From Bdellovibrionales bacterium (GTDB lineage: Bacteria; Bdellovibrionota; Bdellovibrionia; Bdellovibrionales; JAMPXM01), in NCBI GenBank assembly GCA_043739185.1, contig JAYUEN010000233.1, positions 1 through 15,241 on the forward strand: DNA of 15,241 nt, read 5' to 3'. A program made the translations under genes and the position numbers. Positions 6,570-14,888 of the stretch are shown here, one piece after another. How positions within the stretch are numbered: position 1 is the stretch's first letter; each line of letters opens with the position of its first letter. Below the pieces are notes generated by a model. That model was not told the origin of the DNA, did not search any database, and was given only the letters and a program-made list of their open reading frames with translations.

Positions 6570-8770
6570 GAACAGAATTGAATTCAAATACTGAGTTAAA
6601 ATTAAGAAAATATCGTATTTCAAAAGATGAACTCGAAATGATTGAAGAGCGTTTAAATCGTCCGCTAAAAGAAATTGAATGGTCTTTGTTTTCAGCGATG
6701 TGGAGTGAGCACTGCTCATATAAATCAAGTAAGATTCATTTGAAAAAATTATTTAATAAATCAAAACGGGTGATGCAAAGCTTTGGTGAAAATGCCGGTG
6801 TTATTGATTTGGGTCAGGGCGAACGCGTGGCTTTTAAAATGGAGAGTCACAATCATCCGAGTTTCATTGAACCTTATCAAGGCGCTGCAACCGGAGTCGG
6901 CGGAATATTACGGGATATTTTTACCATGGGGGCACGCCCCATTATGCTCGCAAACTATCTTTGTTTTGGTTCTTCAAAAGCTCCAAGAATGAAAGCTCTC
7001 GTTGATGGAGTGGTGCGAGGAATTGGTGGCTACGGAAATAGTGTTGGCGTGCCGACAGTCACCGGTCAAACTGAATTTCATACTTCTTATAATGAAAATA
7101 TTTTGGTGAATGCTCTCGCCGTGGGCTTATTTCGAGAGGGTGATAAAATTCATCTTTCAAAAGCGAGTGGAGTTGGGAATTTAGTTGTATATGTAGGCGC
7201 TAAAACCGGGCGAGACGGAGTGATGGGCGCAAGTATGGCCTCTGATTCATTTGAGGCTGGTTCAAGTGCCAACCGTCCTACCGTGCAAATTGGCGATCCA
7301 TTTTTTGAAAAACTATTGATTGAGTCCTGCATTGAAGTAATGCAGGCCGATTTGGTAGTGGCCATTCAAGATATGGGTGCTGCGGGTCTTACGAGCTCTA
7401 GTTTTGAAATGGCTTCAAAAGGTGGGGTCGGATTTGATTTGAATTTAGATTTGGTGCCACTTCGAGATTTGAGTATGAGCGCTGAAGATATTCTCTTAAG
7501 CGAATCGCAAGAGCGCATGTTACTTGTTTGCGAACCTAATAAATTAAAAGCTATTCAAAACATATTCACAAGATGGGGCCTTGACGCTTGTCAAATTGGT
7601 GTCGTGACCGAAAGTAAGAATGTACGTCTTTCGTACAAAAATGAGCTGCTGACAGAAATTGATCCTGCAGTTTTGGTTGACGATGTGCCACTTTATCAAA
7701 GGCCATTTGAAAAGTGGCAGCCGCGCTACCAAAAGAAATCATTTGAAGAATGGCAAAAGACTTTACCAGATGTCGCCGATCCGCATCTGCGTCTCAAATC
7801 TATTTTGCGAAACGAAGTCGGCTGTTCTCGAGACTGGATATTTCGCCACTTTGATCAAAGAGTAGGCGCGCAAACTATTTTTGATTGTGCAGAAAACTTT
7901 GGCGTGGTGAGGCTTCCGGATTCAAAGCGTGCATTGGGTTTAGTCTTAGGCTGCAGACCAGCGATCATGAGACTCGATGCCAGGCTCGGTGGCATTGACA
8001 GCATTGCTTACCCCGCTCTTCAGCTGGCTGCAAAATCATTTGAAAGTTTAGCGGTTACAGATTGTCTCAATTATGGCAATCCACAAAAAATGAATATTAT
8101 GACTGAATTTGTCGCAAGTGTTACCTCAATGAGTGAAATGTGCGAGCAAATATCGGCGCCTATTATAAGTGGCAATGTGAGCTTTTATAATGAGACCAAT
8201 GACCGTAATATCACTTCAACTCCTGCGACCGGGCTCATCGGCTTAAGAGAGGATATGAACAGTATTCCTAAGTCGCATTTTGTAGCCGAAGGACAAAAGT
8301 TATTTTTGCTTCAGTATGATGGTGTCTTGAGCCGTAGTGCCCATGACGAAGCTTGTGGCCACGAAAGCAGTTTTTTTGGAGATTTGGATTGCAAGAAGCT
8401 AAGCGAATTCATTGCAACCAATTTGAAATTATCTAGCCATGGCTCAGTTACTTCTTCTCGAGTGGTTGGGAAAAACGGTCCTGCATATGCACTGGCTCGA
8501 ATGTGTTTGGGTGGATTTGGCGCGGTTGTAAATTTGAAAGCTCAAAATTCAAATCTGCTCTTTGTTGAAAAAATGTATCAAGTTTTTTACGTTTCAAATG
8601 ATGCACTGGCATTTCAAGCGGAATACCAAAAAATAAATTCGGGGTTTAAATTAGAAGAGATTGGTGAAACCCAAAAGGGAAGATTGCAAATCGATCAAAT
8701 TTTAGATTTAGCGATCAGTGAAATTGTCGGTGACTATTTGCCTGGGCTAGGAGCTATTTTTGATTTTTAA
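6566..8770 (+). CDS. purL: FGAM synthase subunit PurL (small, split type)
   Basis: MWSEHCSYKSS, GENAG, ESHNHPS..EPYQGAATGVGG, IQDMGAAGL, SESQERM, DCLNYGNP, GNVSFYNET. 734 aa. Confidence 0.98.
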   Translation: MRTELNSNTELKLRKYRISKDELEMIEERLNRPLKEIEWSLFSAMWSEHCSYKSSKIHLKKLFNKSKRVMQSFGENAGVIDLGQGERVAFKMESHNHPSFIEPYQGAATGVGGILRDIFTMGARPIMLANYLCFGSSKAPRMKALVDGVVRGIGGYGNSVGVPTVTGQTEFHTSYNENILVNALAVGLFREGDKIHLSKASGVGNLVVYVGAKTGRDGVMGASMASDSFEAGSSANRPTVQIGDPFFEKLLIESCIEVMQADLVVAIQDMGAAGLTSSSFEMASKGGVGFDLNLDLVPLRDLSMSAEDILLSESQERMLLVCEPNKLKAIQNIFTRWGLDACQIGVVTESKNVRLSYKNELLTEIDPAVLVDDVPLYQRPFEKWQPRYQKKSFEEWQKTLPDVADPHLRLKSILRNEVGCSRDWIFRHFDQRVGAQTIFDCAENFGVVRLPDSKRALGLVLGCRPAIMRLDARLGGIDSIAYPALQLAAKSFESLAVTDCLNYGNPQKMNIMTEFVASVTSMSEMCEQISAPIISGNVSFYNETNDRNITSTPATGLIGLREDMNSIPKSHFVAEGQKLFLLQYDGVLSRSAHDEACGHESSFFGDLDCKKLSEFIATNLKLSSHGSVTSSRVVGKNGPAYALARMCLGGFGAVVNLKAQNSNLLFVEKMYQVFYVSNDALAFQAEYQKINSGFKLEEIGETQKGRLQIDQILDLAISEIVGDYLPGLGAIFDF

Positions 8771-10166
8771 AAAAGATTTTAAAGATGAGTGCGGAGTTTT
8801 TGCTATCTGGAATCATCCAGAAGCTTCTAAAATGGCATATTTGGGATTGTACGCACTTCAACATCGTGGGCAAGAATCTGCTGGCATTGTGACTCTCAAT
8901 CAAGGCGAGCATATTCATCACAAAGCCCTTGGTCTGGTAGATGAAGTATTTGATCAAAAGACCATCGAGCGTTTAGTTGGTAAAACTGCCATTGGCCATG
9001 TTCGCTATTCTACAACCGGGGGCAATATATTAGGGAATGCCCAGCCGCTCACAGCCTCACTATTTAACGGGCCAATCGCGGTTGCCCATAATGGTAATTT
9101 TGTAAATGCAGAAGCTCTTAGGCAAGAATTGCAGGCTGAAGGATCAATCTTTCAAGGCACCAACGATACCGAAGTTCTACTTCATATGATTGCGCAAAAT
9201 AAATCAAAGGACCTGCTTGAATGTTTGAATTTTGCATTTTCAAAAATACAAGGGGCATATTCGCTTACGGTTTTATCCAGAAAGTCCCTCTTTGCTATTC
9301 GCGATCCCTATGGTTTTAGGCCCTTGGTGCTAGGGAGAATAAAAAATGTAGATGGTAGTTTATCAGTTGTTATTGCGAGTGAATCTTGTGCCTTTGATTT
9401 GATTGGCGCCACTTATGAGCGAGAAATCAATCCTGGCGAAATATTCTGGATCGATGAAGAAGGTGAGCACTCACTGCAAATGAGGCAGACGGCTCCACGC
9501 AAGGCGCAGTGTGTTTTTGAGCATGTTTATTTTGCAAGACCTGACTCTTTGGTATTTGGGCGAAATGTTTATGAAACCAGAAAGCGTGCAGGAGAAATCT
9601 TGGCACGTGAAACTCCAACTTTGGCAGATATTGTAGTTCCGGTGCCAGATAGTGGCGTGCCCGCAAGTATTGGTTATTCGCAGTTTAGTAAAATTCCTTT
9701 TGAATTGGGAATAATCCGCAATCACTATATTGGTCGAACTTTTATTGAGCCGAAACAAGAAATTCGAAGTCTGGGTGTTAAAATTAAACTCAATCCGCAA
9801 ACTGAAGTTTTGAAAAACAAGAGAGTTATCGTAATTGATGACTCTTTGGTGCGCGGGACGACGAGCCGTAAACTCATAGCCTTAATAAGAGCTGCGGGAG
9901 CCAAAGAAGTGCATTTGAGGATTGCGGCACCTCCGACAAGAGGGCCGTGTTTTTATGGCGTCGATACACCACAAAGATCTGAGCTCATTGCAAACCAAAA
10001 GTCGACTGAGCAAATCAGACAATATGTCGGGGCTGATTCTCTAAAATATTTGTCACTTGAAGGTCTTTTAGAGTCTGTTAAAGGGACTGAAAACGAATTT
10101 TGTTCTGCTTGTTTTGATGAAAAATATCCAACCCCTATTCCTGCTCTTGAAAGTCAAAAGTCATGA
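8760..10166 (+). CDS. purF: Amidophosphoribosyltransferase (propeptide and [4Fe-4S] type)
   Basis: ECGVF after a 10-residue leader, LQHRGQE, GHVRYST, HNGN, CVFEHVYFARPDS, PVPDSG, PRPP loop VIDDSLVRGTT, PCFYGVD, FCSACF. TTG start 6 nt after AGGAG (8749-8753). Confidence 0.98.
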   Translation: MIFKKDFKDECGVFAIWNHPEASKMAYLGLYALQHRGQESAGIVTLNQGEHIHHKALGLVDEVFDQKTIERLVGKTAIGHVRYSTTGGNILGNAQPLTASLFNGPIAVAHNGNFVNAEALRQELQAEGSIFQGTNDTEVLLHMIAQNKSKDLLECLNFAFSKIQGAYSLTVLSRKSLFAIRDPYGFRPLVLGRIKNVDGSLSVVIASESCAFDLIGATYEREINPGEIFWIDEEGEHSLQMRQTAPRKAQCVFEHVYFARPDSLVFGRNVYETRKRAGEILARETPTLADIVVPVPDSGVPASIGYSQFSKIPFELGIIRNHYIGRTFIEPKQEIRSLGVKIKLNPQTEVLKNKRVIVIDDSLVRGTTSRKLIALIRAAGAKEVHLRIAAPPTRGPCFYGVDTPQRSELIANQKSTEQIRQYVGADSLKYLSLEGLLESVKGTENEFCSACFDEKYPTPIPALESQKS

Positions 10167-11068
10167 AAAGCATTTATGGTCCACTCGTTGATATCGTAGC
10201 GCCTGCATGGAAGTGCCATCCTGATGATTTGAAAAAAGGCATGGAGCTCATTTTATCTTGGGGCCTTCACTCTAGACATCCTAAAAATATTTTTAATAAA
10301 AATAGTCTGTTCAGCCAAGATGATGAAACTCGCTTTCAATTTTTAAAAATGGCATTGAGCAATACTGAGTCTGATTATGTCTGGTGTGTACGCGGCGGTT
10401 TTGGCTCAATAAGACTCATCCCCAGTCTTTTGAAAATGCGAAAACCTGTTAAAGAGAAATTGTTTATTGGCTTGAGCGATATTACGAGTTTGCATTTGTT
10501 TTTAAATCAAGTCTGGAATTGGCCGACCCTGCACGGGCCGATGCTTGATCGCTTGGGGTCTAAACCGCCACCTCTCAAATTTCAAAAAGAATTAAGAGAT
10601 CTGGTGACTGGGCACAAAAATGAGATTGCCTTTAGTAATTTGAAACCTCTCAATGCAGCAGCTCGAAAAGCAGGGAGAATCAAGGGCCAGGTCTGCGGTG
10701 GCAATTTGATAACTCTACAGTCTTCAATAGGTACTAAAATCGAATGGCAAACAAAAAATAAAATATTATTTATCGAAGAAATTGGTGAGCGCGGCTATCG
10801 TGTGGACCGAGTTTTTGAACATTTCAAACAATTGGGAATGTGGTCCCAGCCCAAGGCCCTAATCTTTGGTGATTTTACAGGTGGCAGCGAACCCAATGGT
10901 AAGGACTATGTGCCGCGCGTACTAAAAGAATTTTCAGAGAGTCAAAAATTTCCGATATTTAAGGGTATTCAAAGTGGTCATGGCGTGATTCAAAGACCAG
11001 TGCCATTCAATACGGATTCAGTCCTAGAGAAAAATACTTTGATCTGTTCTTGGCCAAAAATCCTATGA
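10163..11068 (+). CDS. ldcA: LD-carboxypeptidase, peptidase S66 (muramoyltetrapeptide carboxypeptidase)
   Basis: IVAPA, RGGFGS.RL, GLSDITSLH (Ser), HGPM, GGNL, LFIEEIGE..YRVDR (Glu), SGHG (His). No signal peptide. Confidence 0.9.
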   Translation: MKSIYGPLVDIVAPAWKCHPDDLKKGMELILSWGLHSRHPKNIFNKNSLFSQDDETRFQFLKMALSNTESDYVWCVRGGFGSIRLIPSLLKMRKPVKEKLFIGLSDITSLHLFLNQVWNWPTLHGPMLDRLGSKPPPLKFQKELRDLVTGHKNEIAFSNLKPLNAAARKAGRIKGQVCGGNLITLQSSIGTKIEWQTKNKILFIEEIGERGYRVDRVFEHFKQLGMWSQPKALIFGDFTGGSEPNGKDYVPRVLKEFSESQKFPIFKGIQSGHGVIQRPVPFNTDSVLEKNTLICSWPKIL

Positions 11069-12120
11069 GTCAGGATCAGGTGTTTTTAAAAAGATTAGGT
11101 GATGCTTATAAGCCTGCGACTCCAGGATTGCAGCTCCAAGCATATGTGAATGGCAAGAAAGAACTGGATGTCCGCGCGGGTCAGGATTACCCATTCTATG
11201 ATTGGGCATCACTGACTAAAATTGTTTTTTCTACAAGCCTTTTGATGAGGCTCTATGACGAGAAAAGACTCAATTTAGAAACCAAAGTGAAAAGCCAATT
11301 GGATTGGTATCAAAAAGAACATACGCTAAAAGATTTGCTTTCACATTCTGCCGGCCTCATCTGGTGGAAGCCCTATTATAAAGAGCTCAATCTCGGGCGA
11401 ACTCCAGAAGAAAAATTTGCGCAGCTCGAGGAGATCATTCGTTCGTCTCCGATTTTTGATGATCAAGATCCAAAAGGAATTCATAAGGCAGTCTATTCAG
11501 ATCTTGATTTGTTTCTTTTGAGTTTCTTTTATACCAAACTAACCAGGCAAAGTTTACTTGAGCTTTGGAGTGAGCAAAAAGATCGCATTGGCTTTCGCAC
11601 GACAGATTTTCATTATCTTAATAAGCCTCAATACAAAATTGAAGACTATGCGCCGACCGAAAACTCAGAGTGGCGTAAGCAGATTATGCAGGCGCAAGTT
11701 CATGATGAAAATACCTGGGCATTGGGCGGAATCGCCCCACACGCAGGATTATTTGGCGAAATCGAAGAACTCAGTGCGTGGGGACTCAAAATTCGAAAGG
11801 GAATGCGCGGAGATAATGTTAAAGATTTTGCTACGAGTTCGACGATTTTAAAGTTTACCACACGTGCGATTCCGACTGAATTAGGTGACTGGGCCAGCGG
11901 ATTTATGATGCCCTCAAAAGGAAAAGCCAGTTGCGGCCAATACTTTTCAGCTCACTCTGTTGGACATACGGGTTTTACCGGGACATCCATTTGGTATGAT
12001 CCCAAGCGAGATCTCTTGATCAGTATATTATCCAATCGAGTTCATCCAACCAGGGACAATCAAGAGTTTGCGTCTCTTCGGCCGAAACTACATGATTGGG
12101 TGGTTGAGACTTTGGCGTGA
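11065..12120 (+). CDS. Serine hydrolase, beta-lactamase/PBP-like fold (AmiE/YfeW-like)
   Basis: WASLTK (SxxK), LLSHSAGL, YSD, VHDENTWALGGIAPHAGLF, GHTGFTGTSIW.DP, LSNRVHP. Start placed at ATG 11065, an ATGA overlap with the ldcA stop, rather than TTG 11050. No signal peptide. Confidence 0.88.
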   Translation: MSQDQVFLKRLGDAYKPATPGLQLQAYVNGKKELDVRAGQDYPFYDWASLTKIVFSTSLLMRLYDEKRLNLETKVKSQLDWYQKEHTLKDLLSHSAGLIWWKPYYKELNLGRTPEEKFAQLEEIIRSSPIFDDQDPKGIHKAVYSDLDLFLLSFFYTKLTRQSLLELWSEQKDRIGFRTTDFHYLNKPQYKIEDYAPTENSEWRKQIMQAQVHDENTWALGGIAPHAGLFGEIEELSAWGLKIRKGMRGDNVKDFATSSTILKFTTRAIPTELGDWASGFMMPSKGKASCGQYFSAHSVGHTGFTGTSIWYDPKRDLLISILSNRVHPTRDNQEFASLRPKLHDWVVETLA

Positions 12121-13217
12121 GAGAATTTTCTTGTCCCCATTTAAACGAATGTTCAGGCTGCGCTCCAATGGCGAAAGCTTTATCGGCGCAACAAGATTTG
12201 AAATTGCAAAATTTCATTTCAAAAACCAAATCAAATCATATTTTTGAAGAGGATTTGAAAGTCATTGTTCATAACCTAGGGGATGGTTTTTTACGAACCC
12301 GTATGGAACTGACCTGGCAAAATTCTCACTGGGGTTTCTGGTCAAAAGAGAAGAATGATTTACTTGCAATCGGGGAATGCCACCAGCTTGAGCCTCGACT
12401 CAATGATTTTTACCAAAATTTTAAGAAGTTAGAGTGGCCGTTGAAAAAAGCGTCTGTTCGTTTGCGCTTAAGTCCTTCGGGAAAATTTGGCATCTGGTTA
12501 GACCTTGCCAATGAAGATGTGAAAATGCTTTTTGATGAGCGGCTTTTACTTCACAAATGTTTGCAAATGGCTGAAGTTGAAATCGGCCAAAGACGAAAAA
12601 AATTAGTGTTTGAAGTGGAGCGGTTTCGCTTGAAAGATCCGGTTTATGACAACTGGATCTCAACATTTGTTTCTGGAAAGGAAATCCCGCTCGCAAGTCT
12701 CATAGGTGGGTTTTCGCAGACTGGTCCGATTGCCACAAAAGTCATAGCAGGACTCATTGAAAGCTTATTAGACAAAACCCAAGCGCAATATATTTTAGAG
12801 TTTGGCTCAGGCTTCGGAACCCTCACCTTGCCTTCTGCTGGTAAAAATCGCCGCAAGGTATTGGCACTTGAGGTCGATGAGCGTTCAGTTGAGGCGCTTC
12901 ATTTGAGCTTAAAACAAAATCAAATCAATTCAGTCGAAGTTCTACGCGGTGATTTTCAGAGAAAGAATTTCGTAGATGAACGTTTGCAAAAAGTAGATTG
13001 CTTTTTAGTAAATCCGCCTCGCTCTGGAGTGCAGAATTTATTGCAAGATATTCCGGAGAATGTAAAGAGTCTCATTTATATGTCATGTTTTGAAGAAAGC
13101 TTTTTCAAAGACTCAGAGAATTTAAAGGCTCAAGGCTTCATTTTAAATGAGGCTCATCTTATTGACCAATTTCCGCAAAGCCCTCATACTGAATGGATGA
13201 GTCTTTGGATTAGATAG
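12117..13217 (+). CDS. RNA (uracil-C5)-methyltransferase, TrmA/RlmC/RlmD family, without TRAM domain
   Basis: CPHLNECSGC plus a distal Cys (IGECHQL) as Fe-S ligands, FSQ, SAM loop LEFGSGFG, LVNPPRSG, catalytic YMSC, DQFPQSPHTE. The RNA target cannot be assigned from sequence. Confidence 0.88.
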   Translation: MREFSCPHLNECSGCAPMAKALSAQQDLKLQNFISKTKSNHIFEEDLKVIVHNLGDGFLRTRMELTWQNSHWGFWSKEKNDLLAIGECHQLEPRLNDFYQNFKKLEWPLKKASVRLRLSPSGKFGIWLDLANEDVKMLFDERLLLHKCLQMAEVEIGQRRKKLVFEVERFRLKDPVYDNWISTFVSGKEIPLASLIGGFSQTGPIATKVIAGLIESLLDKTQAQYILEFGSGFGTLTLPSAGKNRRKVLALEVDERSVEALHLSLKQNQINSVEVLRGDFQRKNFVDERLQKVDCFLVNPPRSGVQNLLQDIPENVKSLIYMSCFEESFFKDSENLKAQGFILNEAHLIDQFPQSPHTEWMSLWIR

Positions 13218-13256
13218 AGCTTAAGGCTGAGACGATGGTCTAGGAAGGGTCGAAAA

Positions 13257-14675
13257 GTGAAAATAAACTTGAAGCCAGGTAATCATGTTCATCTTATGGG
13301 AATTTGCGGAACTGCCATGGCCTCGCTTGCGGGGCTTTTGAAAGACCGCGGCTACAAAGTGACTGGTAGTGACCAAAATGTTTACCCACCCATGTCGACC
13401 CAATTGCAAAATCTTGGTATTGAGATCATGCAAGGATACAAAAAAGAGAATTTAAATATTAGACCGGATCTGGTAATTGTCGGAAATGTTATTTCAAAAA
13501 ACTATGAAGAAGCGCAAGCACTTTTAGCAAGTGATATACCATATACGAGTTTGCCAAATGCGATGGGTGAGTTGGTAATTGCAGATCGGCACTCAATTGT
13601 TGTGGCCGGCACTCACGGCAAAACGACCACCACTGCGCTTACAAGTTTTATGGCAGAAAGCCTTGGGCTTAAGCCAGGCTTTTTAATTGGCGGAATTCCA
13701 AAAAATTTTTCGGTATCTTACCAATTGCCAAAGGGTGACTGGTTTATCATCGAAGGTGATGAGTATGATACGGCCTTTTTTGATAAAGTTCCAAAATTTA
13801 TTCACTATCGGCCCCGTTCGGTTATTTTGACTAGTATTGAGTTTGATCACGCCGATATTTATCGCGATCTCAATCATGTCAAAGAAGCATTCGTTATGCT
13901 TTTAAAATTGATTCCTGAAGACGGGCACCTTATTTACAATGCCGAAGATGAAAATATAAAAAGTATTTTGCATCATACAAAATGTAAAAATATAAAAAGC
14001 TATGGAGTAAAGAAGGCAGATTATCAAGCACAAGCAGTTGTAATTGACGGCATTCATACGCACTTCGAAATTGCTCATAAGGGTCGAATGAGTCGGGTCA
14101 AACTTAAGATGCTGGGCGACTACAATATCAAAAATGTCACGGCAGCTTTTGCACTTGCTCAAGAGCTTGGTTGGGATGAGTCTTCAGTTATTAAGGCAAT
14201 TGAAAAATTTGAAGGCGTAAAACGTCGACAGGAAATTATTGGTACACCAAATAATATTACTGTCGTTGAGGATTTTGCCCATCATCCTACGGCGGTCAAA
14301 GAAACTATTCTCAGTATTCAAAAGCGTTTTCCGAAGGGAAAAGTATTTTCGGTATTCGAAGCAAGATCGGCCACCAGTCGCAGAAAGGTTTTTCAGAAAG
14401 AATATGTTGAAGCTTTTTCAAAAGCGCAAGTGGTCTTACTACCGCCGGCTTTCAACCAAGCAGCACTTGCAGAATCCGATCGCTTTTCAATTGAAGAACT
14501 TATTTCTGATTTAAAAAAGCAAAATGTCGATGCCTTACTTTGTCAAAGTACAGATGATATTGTCACTCAAATTAAAACGCGCGCTCGCCCAGGCGATGTT
14601 GTTTTGGTCATGAGCAATGGCGGCTTTGATGGGATATATAAAAAGCTCTTGAGTGCTCTTGAGAGTGCGAAGTAA
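13257..14675 (+). CDS. mpl: UDP-N-acetylmuramate:L-alanyl-gamma-D-glutamyl-meso-diaminopimelate ligase (murein peptide ligase)
   Basis: Mpl-type motifs HLMGICGTAMASLA, GSDQNVYPPMS, AGTHGKTTT, EGDEYDTAFFDK, EFDHADIY, DFAHHPTA, MSNGGFDGI, which differ from the MurC equivalents (GIGG.GMS, EADESD). Confidence 0.93.
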   Translation: MKINLKPGNHVHLMGICGTAMASLAGLLKDRGYKVTGSDQNVYPPMSTQLQNLGIEIMQGYKKENLNIRPDLVIVGNVISKNYEEAQALLASDIPYTSLPNAMGELVIADRHSIVVAGTHGKTTTTALTSFMAESLGLKPGFLIGGIPKNFSVSYQLPKGDWFIIEGDEYDTAFFDKVPKFIHYRPRSVILTSIEFDHADIYRDLNHVKEAFVMLLKLIPEDGHLIYNAEDENIKSILHHTKCKNIKSYGVKKADYQAQAVVIDGIHTHFEIAHKGRMSRVKLKMLGDYNIKNVTAAFALAQELGWDESSVIKAIEKFEGVKRRQEIIGTPNNITVVEDFAHHPTAVKETILSIQKRFPKGKVFSVFEARSATSRRKVFQKEYVEAFSKAQVVLLPPAFNQAALAESDRFSIEELISDLKKQNVDALLCQSTDDIVTQIKTRARPGDVVLVMSNGGFDGIYKKLLSALESAK

Positions 14676-14775
14676 GGTTAGCAAGTGAGCCTGATCATAT
14701 TAACCTCAAGCTTCATTTTTGGGGGTTCGGCAGTCAAAAGGCTCGGATTGCTTTCGTTATCTTTTGCTAAGGCAT

Positions 14776-14797
14776 ATGGGTTTGATCCCATTTGTTT
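14776..14797 (+). terminator. Weak possible intrinsic terminator downstream of mpl
   Basis: ATGGG-TTTGAT-CCCAT (5-bp stem) followed by TTGTTT. The stem is short, so support is marginal. Confidence 0.25.
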
Positions 14798-14831
14798 GAA
14801 TCCTACTTGCTTTTATTTGTGGCATTACTGA

Positions 14832-14860
14832 TTGACCATTCTGGGTTGTTTTCATAAGAT
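14832..14860 (+). promoter_or_regulatory. Sigma70-type promoter for the downstream secreted protein
   Basis: TTGACC (14832-14837), 17-nt spacer, TAAGAT (14855-14860); it ends 28 nt before the GTG at 14889. Confidence 0.6.
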
Positions 14861-14888
14861 TTTTTGGGTCGTTTATCTAGGAGTGAAA

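Noticed and set aside
10163..11068. MccF microcin-immunity protein
   Set aside because: Same S66 family, but proximity to mpl and the absence of any microcin genes favour LdcA.
11065..12120. Class C beta-lactamase resistance gene
   Set aside because: No signal peptide, YSD and HTG rather than the AmpC YxN and KTG, and a housekeeping cell-wall context.
624..14514. Other short ORFs (60-122 aa) on the - strand or in alternative + frames
   Set aside because: All overlap well-supported genes largely or entirely and show no motifs; they are the expected shadow ORFs.
13257..14675. murC
   Set aside because: GICGTAM, VYPPMS, DEYDTAFFDK and MSNGGF are Mpl-type motifs, and the gene is not in a dcw cluster.
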